From: a virus
Taxonomy: Duplodnaviria > Caudoviricetes
Reading direction: 5' to 3' (one strand)
IMG/VR virus record: IMGVR_UViG_3300044796_000401
Length of the DNA stretch: 64,000 nucleotides
Shown: positions 1 through 8,736 of the stretch, one piece after another
Numbering within the stretch: position 1 is the first letter of the stretch
How the letters are laid out: each line of letters starts with the position of its first letter
Program-made: the position numbers and the translations under genes
The notes under the pieces: model-generated
The model's input: the letters and a program-made list of their open reading frames with translations, nothing else
What the model was told of the DNA's origin: nothing
Databases searched by the model: none

Positions 1-279
1 CGTGTTCTCAAATCTTTTGCTCGCCGTCTGATGAAACTCAAAAACCGGCTCAAACAAGTACACGGCAGCGGGGATGACGCCGCATCGTTTCAATAGGTCT
101 GCTGTCCACCCCCCTTGGTACGCGCCAACGTCAAATACAACGCTGTCAGCGTCGAGGAGATAGTCTATCCTGAGTGTGTCTTCTCGACCGTCGTCATACC
201 ACCTTTGCCTCATCACACAGTAGTCGGTCCAGTCTTTTTCCGAGACGAGTTTCAGTATCTTTTCTGTGGACTTATCCAT
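1..279 (-). CDS. FkbM-family SAM methyltransferase (3' end outside the window)
   Basis: Not in the ORF track. Read manually from ATG 279: MDKSTEK...LRIDYLLDADSVVFDVGAYQGGWTADL...YLFEP, a class I MTase motif I (FDVGAYQG) plus the FEP acidic strand typical of FkbM. Open to position 1. Confidence 0.75.
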   Translation of the reverse strand, partial: MDKSTEKILKLVSEKDWTDYCVMRQRWYDDGREDTLRIDYLLDADSVVFDVGAYQGGWTADLLKRCGVIPAAVYLFEPVFEFHQTASKRFENT

Positions 280-1144
280 TGAATTTTTTCCGTATAGCTT
301 CTTGCCACTCTTTTACTCCGTCGTACTGATGGAGAATTGTAACCGGACTTGATGCTTCATGAAGTTGAAAGCAGTAGTTAGACGAACCCTCCATCCTGTA
401 CGACAAGCCCGATATGTTGTTGAGATGGTGAGCCCCGAAAACAAAGCCATCCCAGACAGTGGCAATTTTTGTTTTAGACGCCCAAGGCTCCTTTCGGATG
501 ATGATGTTCATAGCCGCTTGGTCAGACGGCATGTCATCATAGCTGACCTTGAAGCGTTTGAGCCGCATATCTGTGTTGGACATTTTGTAAACCCCAAGAA
601 GTAGTTCGCTTACGTCTTCAGGAGTACCTGCGATGACTCCAGCATTACAGATTTCAGTTTCTTCCATGGAGTAGTAAACGTCATGACCGAAAGCCTCAAG
701 AGTAATAGCCCTCCACGGCCAACAGCGTTTGAGTTGTATGGCTTCGGACACGACTACCAATTTGCTGCTGCCGAGGTTCCGTGCTAGCCAATCGAACGGA
801 TTAGACTGGAATACGATGTCTCTCGTGTCGGCGGTTAGAACGTAGCGCAGGTCTTTTGCGCCCTTGATATACTCCGATATAACTTTGAAGCGAAACACAT
901 TCGGATGTTCATCGAATGATCCGATGTCTAGCGTCTCAATACCATATTCGGCTAGTTTTTCCAGCAACAGGGAGGGGTCTTCGTTGGCTGCTTTGTGTTT
1001 TGGGTTATTTTCAGCTACGGTTGCGGTGCCAAAAACTAGAACGCAGCGCCCAGTATAGCCCGTTCTTCGCAGGGACACTACAAACGGGTACAGCATATCC
1101 CAGTTGTACCCGGATGCCATTCCGATGATGAGATCAGTTGTCAA
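272..1144 (-). CDS. Putative GT-A fold glycosyltransferase
   Basis: LTADTRDIVFQSNP (DxD-like), NAGVIAG, SDQAAMN and HQYD motifs, inside the GT cluster. Start placed at TTG 1144 after AAGGTGG; the track start at 1174 overlaps the upstream gene. Confidence 0.55.
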   Translation of the reverse strand: MTTDLIIGMASGYNWDMLYPFVVSLRRTGYTGRCVLVFGTATVAENNPKHKAANEDPSLLLEKLAEYGIETLDIGSFDEHPNVFRFKVISEYIKGAKDLRYVLTADTRDIVFQSNPFDWLARNLGSSKLVVVSEAIQLKRCWPWRAITLEAFGHDVYYSMEETEICNAGVIAGTPEDVSELLLGVYKMSNTDMRLKRFKVSYDDMPSDQAAMNIIIRKEPWASKTKIATVWDGFVFGAHHLNNISGLSYRMEGSSNYCFQLHEASSPVTILHQYDGVKEWQEAIRKKFNG

Positions 1145-1916
1145 GTTTGGTCCACCTTTCAGGAACGATGTCACTGCTGCCTACATGGGTGGCTATAAAC
1201 CATTGCTTGGGGGCAAATATAAGTTTGTCCGGTTGCGTGCCAAACCAAGCGCCCCACCACGAGAATGAGCTATTCGCTATAGTGCCGTGATGGCACAGGC
1301 TCATGAGCCAGATGTCCTCGTGTTCCCGTCCGGGGATGTCCCGGCTGATGATCTTATTGTGGCCCACGACCGTGAAATCGCTCGGAAAATTGGCAAGGCA
1401 CCAATCGGGATCGTCAGAAAAGACCCAGAAACGCGCATCTTTGTGGCGTGCGCGGATGCGTTCGACGGCCTCGTTGTAATAACGCATCGTTGGCATGCCG
1501 TGAAACCTTTGATTGTAGTCAAAGACATAGTCTCCCCTGCGGACATGAAGGAACGCGCTCGTCGCACCAGCAGCCACGATGGTGTCCGCCGTTTTTTGGG
1601 ATTCCTCAGACGGCTTGTTCTTAAACGACAATTCCCGGCGAACCATGTTCTCGTCAAAATACTTCTCGGTCTGCCAGTATCCGACGAACGACGTGCCGTT
1701 CGGAGCGCTGTAGACTTTTTCATCATAGCAACTGATGTCCCCGAAAAGAGGACCCGATTCCGGAGCAAACTTGATGGGCTTTATGTTGAAAACGTCAAGC
1801 CTTTCCGGGCCGATGCGATTATAGAAAACCTCTTCCTTCCGGACAGCGCCGACCGACTCACCAAAAGCGTATTGAAACATCTGGTTTGCCAAGCCACCAT
1901 GGAGCCGCACAACCAT
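1134..1916 (-). CDS. GT11 alpha-1,2-fucosyltransferase-like protein
   Basis: GGLANQMFQYA, HVRRGDY, FSDDPDW and NSSFSWWGAW are the hallmark GT11 motifs. ATG 1916 overlaps the upstream TAA. Confidence 0.9.
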   Translation of the reverse strand: MVVRLHGGLANQMFQYAFGESVGAVRKEEVFYNRIGPERLDVFNIKPIKFAPESGPLFGDISCYDEKVYSAPNGTSFVGYWQTEKYFDENMVRRELSFKNKPSEESQKTADTIVAAGATSAFLHVRRGDYVFDYNQRFHGMPTMRYYNEAVERIRARHKDARFWVFSDDPDWCLANFPSDFTVVGHNKIISRDIPGREHEDIWLMSLCHHGTIANSSFSWWGAWFGTQPDKLIFAPKQWFIATHVGSSDIVPERWTKLDN

Positions 1917-2599
1917 TAGACCCCCTGTCCTTTCCTGTAGCTTTCGTACATCCAAGCCGGATTGAATCCCACGCTGTTCGGCCATGTATAGCGTGTCTTG
2001 CCCCAAGTGCAGTGGTGCCAAACCACATAATTGTCGAATTGCTGGGAGGCGAATCCCGTCAGTTGGCCCGCCGCGATAAGCGGTCCGAGAGCGTGGCCCA
2101 CGCTAACATCTTCCGCATAGTGCGCTGGCACCATCTTGGAAATCACTTCGGCCGCACGGCGGGACAGGAAATAGCCCGCCCCTCCCGAAGCGTAAGCCCA
2201 AACCGCTATGTCGCCGAGCCTGTGGTCGCCAAATGTCGGGATTTGAACACCCGGAGGGAACCCATTCCCGAAATATCCGAAATAGTCGTAACCCTCAAAA
2301 CCGCACGAGAGGAGTCGCTCGGGCTTGACAAATGTGTCCACATCGCAAAAGAATGCGGGGTCATATCCGTTTTCAACCGTCCATCCCGCCATTTCACGGG
2401 CTTTCGAGGGAAGGGCCGTTAGGTCATCTCCAACGGCAAGCCGGACCTCGTCGCTTTTTAATGACGCGCTCCCGTTGCCGACAAAAAATCGCACGTCAAC
2501 ATTGGGGGGAAAATCCTTTCCCCATGTCTCGCGGATAGCCGTGTGGCAGCCGTTCAGCATGTCGCGTTCGCAGCTTTTGATTGCGATCAGGAGCCTCAT
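1916..2599 (-). CDS. GT31/fringe-like glycosyltransferase
   Basis: FFCDVDTF (DxD), SGGAGYFLSRRA and AEDVSVG motifs. Confidence 0.7.
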   Translation of the reverse strand: MRLLIAIKSCERDMLNGCHTAIRETWGKDFPPNVDVRFFVGNGSASLKSDEVRLAVGDDLTALPSKAREMAGWTVENGYDPAFFCDVDTFVKPERLLSCGFEGYDYFGYFGNGFPPGVQIPTFGDHRLGDIAVWAYASGGAGYFLSRRAAEVISKMVPAHYAEDVSVGHALGPLIAAGQLTGFASQQFDNYVVWHHCTWGKTRYTWPNSVGFNPAWMYESYRKGQGV

Positions 2600-3300
2600 A
2601 GCGTGTCGCCGCAGTCTCGCAGTGAAATTGCATGGGCCGCATCCATCCAGCTTGGCTCGTAGGAGCCGGTCCGTTTGGAGAGATGCACCGTTATGCCGTC
2701 ATAGCCGTACAGTTGCAGCCGATCCCCCTTGAAGTGGTATCTCGGATTGTGGTAGCCGAGGATGCCGAGCGGAAAGAGCACGTTGGGAACCCAGAGGTCC
2801 TCGGCCGGGATGCCCTTGTTGTCGAGCCGCTTTTCATCGAGCGGCGCGGCGAGCATGGCCTCCATCGCCCGCTTGCTCTGCCAGTACCCGCAGCCCCCGG
2901 AGGCGTACGTGTAGAAGCCCCGGCAATCCCCCACCACGGGTATGAAGCCCTCCTGCGGGTGCATCGGGAAGTGCCCGACGTAGTCGAATTTCTCGAAGCC
3001 GCTGGCGATCAATCGCCTCGGCGAGAGGTATGTATCGCGGTCAGCCTTGAACATGAACTCGTACCCGTGTTCAAGCGCCCATTTTCGCATCTCCTGCACC
3101 TTTTCAGGCAGCCATGGCTGGCCGTCCGGAACGTCCACCCGCTCCTCATCCGGGGCAAGAGCACGGTCGCCCTGCCCGACGAAAATCTTGTAGTCAAGTT
3201 CCCCCGGTACCATGCGGGTCACCCACGTGCGCCGGATGGCATCGTGGCAGCCGTTGGCCGAGTCTCGTTCGCAGGACATGACTCCGATAAGCGCTTTCAT
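2596..3300 (-). CDS. GT31/fringe-like glycosyltransferase, tandem paralog
   Basis: FKADRDTY, SGGCGYWQSKRA and AEDLWV motifs; the N-terminus (SCERD..GCH.AIR.TW) is shared with 1916-2599. Confidence 0.7.
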   Translation of the reverse strand: MKALIGVMSCERDSANGCHDAIRRTWVTRMVPGELDYKIFVGQGDRALAPDEERVDVPDGQPWLPEKVQEMRKWALEHGYEFMFKADRDTYLSPRRLIASGFEKFDYVGHFPMHPQEGFIPVVGDCRGFYTYASGGCGYWQSKRAMEAMLAAPLDEKRLDNKGIPAEDLWVPNVLFPLGILGYHNPRYHFKGDRLQLYGYDGITVHLSKRTGSYEPSWMDAAHAISLRDCGDTL

Positions 3301-4038
3301 TTAGGCTCCTATCCAATCCTTGATTCCTTCTTTTCTCAGCATAATCGTGTGCCCCATGGTGAAAGCACGCCTGCGGAAGCCGTTGTATCTTGGGTCTTGC
3401 ACCTCAGGTCCGTAACCAAGAGAGAGCGTATTGATGTTCCAGCCCGGAAGCCAAACCGTGACCTTGTCAGCTTTCTTGCGATGCCAGAAGAATTGCCCAT
3501 GTTCTCCCCCGATTTTCACAACGTCGGTATCCCAGGGCACCTCCAACAGCACGGATACCCGTGCTATGAAATGATTCACTACGAGGTCACATCGTTGATA
3601 TGGCGATCCGTCAGGCACCAAGCGAATTTCGCGGATCACATTTTTTTCTGCGTCGTGCACAAGATTGGCTTCATAGGGATTGTTGTCTACGCGACCACCC
3701 ACCAAATCAATCTCTGAGTGCGTGTCCAGCAAATCCACAGCTTCGGTCAATTTGTCCCTGTATCCCTTGGTGTTCGCAGCAAAGTCATCGCAGAATAGAA
3801 GCATGTAGGGTGTCGTTGTCGCCTCGACTATGCGGCAGCGTTTGACTGTGAGCCCCGAATCCGGCGCAAGGCGTATACAGCTTGGACCAGCTATGGTGGC
3901 GCATCGATCATCGAAGGAATCATCCGCCACGATGACTGGACATTCTGGTAGGTGTTCCTTGATCTGCTTGAGGCATTCAACGAGATAGCCCCAGCGACAG
4001 AAGCTCGAAATTGCGACTGTAATATCAGACAGCGGCAT
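3301..4038 (-). CDS. GT2-like glycosyltransferase
   Basis: ITVAISSF.R...L.ECL, IVADDS, LFCDDF and GGEHGQFF motifs; start at MPLSD (ATG 4038). Confidence 0.65.
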   Translation of the reverse strand: MPLSDITVAISSFCRWGYLVECLKQIKEHLPECPVIVADDSFDDRCATIAGPSCIRLAPDSGLTVKRCRIVEATTTPYMLLFCDDFAANTKGYRDKLTEAVDLLDTHSEIDLVGGRVDNNPYEANLVHDAEKNVIREIRLVPDGSPYQRCDLVVNHFIARVSVLLEVPWDTDVVKIGGEHGQFFWHRKKADKVTVWLPGWNINTLSLGYGPEVQDPRYNGFRRRAFTMGHTIMLRKEGIKDWIGA

Positions 4039-4849
4039 TGGGTTCTCCGTTATGACAATAAGAACAATCTGGATCAATGATGTTCCTGCTAGCATGCCAG
4101 CGAGTATGCCGACCCCTTACCTGCGCTTCTTTGACCTCTGGTCGTGAAGCGTTGAGCTTACCCTGAATTCTTCCTAATGCTTGTATTCGTCCGTTTTCAG
4201 CATTTTTGCGTCCGTTGATACGCCCATTGATGGGACCGTAAGTTTTGCCCAGCTTTTGTATTTGGCCGCTCTCGACGTTTTTGCGCCCTTGTATATGTCC
4301 CAATGCTTGTATTCGTCCGCTTTCAACGGCTTTCTTTCCAGCAGCGATTCCTGCGATTTTCTGATGTTCTGGGGTTCGAATGCGGGCCAGCAAGCCGCTT
4401 TCTACGTTCTTTTTTCCTTGGATAAGTCCCTGAGTATGACCACCCCTAGCGCAGACTTCACGAGTCAAATTCTTAACGCCGTGTCCTGTCAACGCTTCGA
4501 TGCGCCCTTGCGTTTTGCCGCCCTTCTTGCCACCAATGCGGCCTGCTCTGCGCTTTGCCTCCCGGACTTCCTCAGTTAGTATCAGCGTTCCAGACGATCC
4601 GTCTCCGCCATCTGTCATGTTGTGAAGAATGCCAGTTCCTTTATCTTTGCGACCAAAAAGTTCAATCATAACTATTTCAGACTCAAAAGCTTCAGCCTCG
4701 TTTAACATGGGAAAAACAACAATGCGAGAGCGGTCTTTTGGACGATGAACTGCATGGGCAGAACTAATGAAAGCTCTACGTTTTTGACCCTTTCCTACAT
4801 AGTAAGGTGTCCCGTCTTCTCGTAGCCACATGTAGGTATAAAAACCCAT
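4025..4849 (-). CDS. GIY-YIG-like homing endonuclease with G[RK]K[NA]VESG repeats and HTRWH..CxxC tail
   Basis: FYTYMWLREDGTPYYVGKG...R, E..MIELFGR and LHNMTDGGDG motifs. Real start is MGFYTY at 4849; the track extension to 5113 is a shadow of the upstream GT2. Confidence 0.75.
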   Translation of the reverse strand: MGFYTYMWLREDGTPYYVGKGQKRRAFISSAHAVHRPKDRSRIVVFPMLNEAEAFESEIVMIELFGRKDKGTGILHNMTDGGDGSSGTLILTEEVREAKRRAGRIGGKKGGKTQGRIEALTGHGVKNLTREVCARGGHTQGLIQGKKNVESGLLARIRTPEHQKIAGIAAGKKAVESGRIQALGHIQGRKNVESGQIQKLGKTYGPINGRINGRKNAENGRIQALGRIQGKLNASRPEVKEAQVRGRHTRWHASRNIIDPDCSYCHNGEPNAAV

Positions 4850-4866
4850 ATGTTCTTCAATACCAC

Positions 4867-5526
4867 TCACAACTCCCCCTTGGCGATCGCCTGCACGGCC
4901 GCCCACGGCACCTCCACGAAGGACGACGAAGGCATGGATTTCCGGGCGGCGTTCGTGGAATGTGACGCCGCCACCAGCAAGCTTGTGTCCGCCAAGTCGC
5001 ACCACCGGTCGCGGGGCACTTGGGTCAGGAAGTCGTAGTCCGCTCCGTGGGGCTTGTCGTTGAACCGATGCGCCTCCCAAGCGGACTTGCGGAACGCGAT
5101 CGCACCGATCCAAGCCAGGTTGGTCTTGTTTACATAATGAAACGCCCTCTGCGTCCCTTGCAAGGCGTAGTACAGTTGACTTGTACCCGTTATCGTAATT
5201 TGCGGGCTATTGAGCATCGGCTGGATTTGCCGGGAGACCCTGCTGGACGTATAAAAATCGTCATCATCTTCAACTATACAAAAAGTTCCTGCTGCACGTT
5301 CACAACAAATGTTCATTAGTTGCCCGTGGTTTAGTTTCGTTCCCAACAGGGGAAAATGCTTGATCCTTGGGTCTTCGGGCAGCAAGTCACGAATTTGGTC
5401 TGTTCCATTGTCAGCGATTATCCACTCAATATTGGGGTAGTCCTGCGAAAGGAAACACCTTATCGCCCGCGGAAAAAACTCACGGCGGTTGTAAGTGGGG
5501 GTTACAGCGCTAACTAGTGGATGCAT
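4867..5526 (-). CDS. GT2 family glycosyltransferase
   Basis: VSAVTPTYNR..F.PRAIRCFLSQDYPNIEWIIADNG and EDDDDFY motifs. Confidence 0.9.
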   Translation of the reverse strand: MHPLVSAVTPTYNRREFFPRAIRCFLSQDYPNIEWIIADNGTDQIRDLLPEDPRIKHFPLLGTKLNHGQLMNICCERAAGTFCIVEDDDDFYTSSRVSRQIQPMLNSPQITITGTSQLYYALQGTQRAFHYVNKTNLAWIGAIAFRKSAWEAHRFNDKPHGADYDFLTQVPRDRWCDLADTSLLVAASHSTNAARKSMPSSSFVEVPWAAVQAIAKGEL

Positions 5527-6046
5527 TCTTCCTTCCCAACTGTGAAGCTTCAGTTCCTTTTTGGGTTATTTGACGGCGCTGCTCGGCTGTTTTAGTCGCC
5601 CACCAGCGGCACTTTGCTTCGCTAATGTTTTTCTTGTGTTCCTCAGAGAAGGGAGCGTGCGGTTTATTTCTGAGGTTCTGCCGATTCCATTCAGCTAAAT
5701 CAGGACGTTTTTTTCCAAACATCCCATTGGCTTTTCCATGACGCCCCTTGCCAAAGCTCTGACGGCGATTGTTGGCGGAAACTTTCGGGGTGACCCAGCG
5801 GACATTTCCGGGTTCGTAGTGGCCATCATTGTTTTTGCGGTCAAGCATTGTGCCCACGGGACGGCAGCCGATTTCAGCAAGGAATTGCTTAAAACAGACA
5901 AATTGGAACTTAATGCCTCGTCCACCATAATGACCCCACTCAGGGTCTTTAGGATTGGTACATCGTTGTCTAGCTCCAGCATAAGCGGAGTATTCTGGAC
6001 CTGCGTAGTCATCGTCTACCCAACGCCAAGCGTGTGTCTTATTCAT
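5510..6046 (-). CDS. HNH-type homing endonuclease with NUMOD3-like tail
   Basis: RQRCTNP...YGGRGI, LDRKNNDGHYEPGNVRW and NGMFGKK/FSEEHKKNISEA motifs. Confidence 0.8.
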   Translation of the reverse strand: MNKTHAWRWVDDDYAGPEYSAYAGARQRCTNPKDPEWGHYGGRGIKFQFVCFKQFLAEIGCRPVGTMLDRKNNDGHYEPGNVRWVTPKVSANNRRQSFGKGRHGKANGMFGKKRPDLAEWNRQNLRNKPHAPFSEEHKKNISEAKCRWWATKTAEQRRQITQKGTEASQLGRKNASTS

Positions 6047-6467
6047 TCGGCGTCCATTCTAAATACCGGATCGCCCTGCCGAGCACTTCGGGCGAAAACT
6101 TCATCCTCTTCAGCCCCTCCGTGCAGTCGGCGCAAAGCAGGCCCTTCGCCTGCCCGTCGCGGTAATCCACAACAGTCTTCCTGTTGTACAGCACCAAGGC
6201 CGTGTCGCAAATCGGGCATTTCTTGTCCTGCTTCCGCCAGAGTTCGAGGTAGTCCCCCGGCTTCATGTGGCATTCGCGCTCAAGGAAGGCGTCGAAAGCA
6301 TGCACTTTCGTCCAGAAAGTTTTGCAATATGTGTTATGACATGTTTTGCAATAGTGGGAGCGCCCGCTGACAGTGCGCTTGTTCTTCCCGAAGGCATCCA
6401 AAATCAGCCAGCGTTCACACTTTGCGCACCACTTTTCTTTGTCGTTGAAGAGTCTCTTGCGCCCCAT
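6039..6467 (-). CDS. Endonuclease VII-like protein, possibly degenerate
   Basis: N-terminal CxxC..CxxC, then QDKKCPICD...VVDYRD...KGLLCADC; the expected DHDH and N residues are altered. Confidence 0.65.
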   Translation of the reverse strand: MGRKRLFNDKEKWCAKCERWLILDAFGKNKRTVSGRSHYCKTCHNTYCKTFWTKVHAFDAFLERECHMKPGDYLELWRKQDKKCPICDTALVLYNRKTVVDYRDGQAKGLLCADCTEGLKRMKFSPEVLGRAIRYLEWTPNE

Positions 6468-6962
6468 TTAAGCATTCTCCCAAAGTGTGCTTCCGCACCG
6501 AACTTTTCTGCGGATGGCTTTCTTGATGGCGAGGCAAACAAGCGTCTCATCCGCACCGAACTCTGCCTTTGCGGCCTCTCGTATGGTCTGAAAAACCTCT
6601 CCGGTATCCAACCGTCTGACTGGGCGGTCTCCGTGGAAGCTCGGTTCGGACCAGCGTTTTTCCAGTTTGCCCCTTAAAACTTCATCCGGAACCAACAACA
6701 CCTCATTAATAGCTGCCTTGATCCGGGCCTCATCCCAACAAAACCATTCATTCTGCACACGCAGATCGTTTAATAATCGATGCACCCGAGCTTCCCGAAG
6801 CCGAACATAGGTACAGGGGTAGGAATCCACCAGTTCAAGCTCAAGGGGGCAGAAGGTTTTTATAGTCTGTAACCGAGAACGCACATTTCTCGCCATGCCG
6901 ATTTTGGCAAACTGCCGTGTTTTGTCTGCGATGATGTACAAGTACCCCCTTAATAGCGCCAT
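6468..6962 (-). CDS. T5orf172/MUG113-type GIY-YIG protein with NUMOD1-like C-terminus
   Basis: GYLYII...AKIGM.RNV.SRL, E..VH..L...RVQNEWF and VRRLDTGEVFQTIREAA motifs. Confidence 0.75.
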   Translation of the reverse strand: MALLRGYLYIIADKTRQFAKIGMARNVRSRLQTIKTFCPLELELVDSYPCTYVRLREARVHRLLNDLRVQNEWFCWDEARIKAAINEVLLVPDEVLRGKLEKRWSEPSFHGDRPVRRLDTGEVFQTIREAAKAEFGADETLVCLAIKKAIRRKVRCGSTLWENA

Positions 6963-7112
6963 AAAGCCCCCCAACAATAGAACTTTCGTAGTTCATTGAT
7001 TTTTTAATCAACGATAAACTTCCAATACTCCTATAGAAAATGGGTAATGAATGAAATTTCTCGCTACCAAACGCATGGTTGTAAGAGGATATTTCCTCCA
7101 AGGACACAAATT

Positions 7113-8567
7113 ATGGGCAACAACATCTTCCTGCGTGGCGCGGACACACCCGCCACGGGGCCGAGCACGGGCTTTCCGGCCCAATACGCTTCAAAGATCG
7201 AAAACCTGATGTGCAACCAGCAGGGCGACAACGTCGTCGTGACGCCCGTCGCTACGACAGACTATGTGAACAGCCCCCCGGCTTACGCTGGCGACCTGCT
7301 CGTCGCCGTCGCCATCGGCCTGAAGAGCTACCAGCCCTTCGACCTGCTCCACGGCAATACCACCGAGTTCGGCTTCTTCCAGGGGCTGAACGACTTCAAC
7401 GCCAACCCGACCATCACCGACACCAGCGCAGGCCCCTCGGCGACGATCACGGGAGTGACTATCGCGGCCACCGCGTACGCCGTGACCTCGGCCATGGCTT
7501 CCAATGGCACCACCACGGTGTACAACGGCACCTTCGCCACCGGCCTCGCGGGCTACTACTTCACCGTCGCGGGCTTCAGCAGCGAAGCCTCGCCGCCTGT
7601 CGCCGGGGATGACAACAACGGCACCTACCTGTGCACGGCGTCTTCCGCTACCCAGCTTACGCTGGCCAACCCGAACGGCGTGCATCTCTCCGTCGTCGGG
7701 GCGACCGCGACCGACTACGTCTTGACCGTCACCGCCAGCAACAGCTTCGCCGCGGGCGAAGTCGTGACCCTATCGGGAACGGCAGAGACATATTTGAACG
7801 GGACGGCCGTGACCGTCGTCTCCGCAACCGGGGCATTGTTCACAGCGAACTACCCGGCATGGACCGTAAACGTCACCAACGCGTCCGACACCGGATCAGC
7901 CTCCACCGGGGGCAACATCTGGACGCTCGTGACGAACCTCAACATCGTGGACTCGGACTACACCGTGGTTGCCACGCCCCCGACAGCGCCGAACCCATGG
8001 CCGTCCAGCGCATGGAACCTCGACGGCTACTACCCGAGCATCTATGTTTGGGTCGCCCAGAACGTCAGGGCGGGCACCTACAGCGTCAACCTGAACTCCA
8101 TGTACCAGGACGGCATCGATCCGCCGCAAGACCTCGCGGCTGGCAAGCCGATCTTCGACGGAGGCGTGAACTTCCAAGTCTTCTGCTTCGCTGGCGCTGC
8201 CTTGTCTGGAGCGGTGGAGACTTCCTCCCTCAAAAACATTGGAACATCCACGACCGATCCGGCAACCGCCCCGGCGACGCTCACCACGACCGCCGCCAAC
8301 GGCGACTTGCTCCTTTCAGTCGGCCTCCAGAAGAGCGGGAACGTCTTCAGCGCCGGAACTGTCGGGGAAGCCGGAATCGGCTCGCCGCCGGTAGCCGGAG
8401 CCGCAATGACCAGCATCTCGAACGGCAAGCTGGTCGGCTCCGCAGCACACTACATGGTCGAGTATGCCCTCACAGGGCCGAACACGGCTGGCACCTACGA
8501 CCCCAACTTCTCGAACCCCCTCGGGTACGAGATGGTCGTCGCCTCCATCGCAATCGCATCCTCGTAA
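7113..8567 (+). CDS. Thr/Ala/Gly/Ser-rich beta-strand protein, probable virion surface or fiber protein
   Basis: 484 aa with strong codon bias and a composition typical of beta-sandwich surface proteins; AAGGA upstream of ATG 7113 and a terminator downstream. Confidence 0.65.
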   Translation: MGNNIFLRGADTPATGPSTGFPAQYASKIENLMCNQQGDNVVVTPVATTDYVNSPPAYAGDLLVAVAIGLKSYQPFDLLHGNTTEFGFFQGLNDFNANPTITDTSAGPSATITGVTIAATAYAVTSAMASNGTTTVYNGTFATGLAGYYFTVAGFSSEASPPVAGDDNNGTYLCTASSATQLTLANPNGVHLSVVGATATDYVLTVTASNSFAAGEVVTLSGTAETYLNGTAVTVVSATGALFTANYPAWTVNVTNASDTGSASTGGNIWTLVTNLNIVDSDYTVVATPPTAPNPWPSSAWNLDGYYPSIYVWVAQNVRAGTYSVNLNSMYQDGIDPPQDLAAGKPIFDGGVNFQVFCFAGAALSGAVETSSLKNIGTSTTDPATAPATLTTTAANGDLLLSVGLQKSGNVFSAGTVGEAGIGSPPVAGAAMTSISNGKLVGSAAHYMVEYALTGPNTAGTYDPNFSNPLGYEMVVASIAIASS

Positions 8568-8598
8568 TCAGCCTCGGGAGATGGCTCCCGAATCCAAG

Positions 8599-8629
8599 AG
8601 GGCGGCTTATAGCCGCCCTTTTCGTTTTT
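8599..8629 (+). terminator. Rho-independent terminator
   Basis: AGGGCGGCT-tat-AGCCGCCCT is a perfect 9-bp stem followed by TTTCGTTTTT, 32 nt after the stop at 8567. Confidence 0.85.
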
Positions 8630-8736
8630 GCAGTATTAAGAGGTAAGGTTCTGCCGGGTTCCGCCCTTTGGGCACACCACCCCTTGATACCTGAATACTC
8701 AAAAATTTCAGTTTTGATGAGAAAATTTCACGCAGG

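Noticed and set aside
4850-5113. N-terminal extension of the GIY-YIG ORF suggesting a fusion with the GT2 gene
   Set aside because: It is an alternative frame over the GT2 3' end; the nuclease has its own ATG at 4849.
6988-7020. Fifth copy of the GTTGAAA gene-end motif (reverse orientation)
   Set aside because: It matches only with a ~7-nt insertion in AT-rich DNA, too weak to count.
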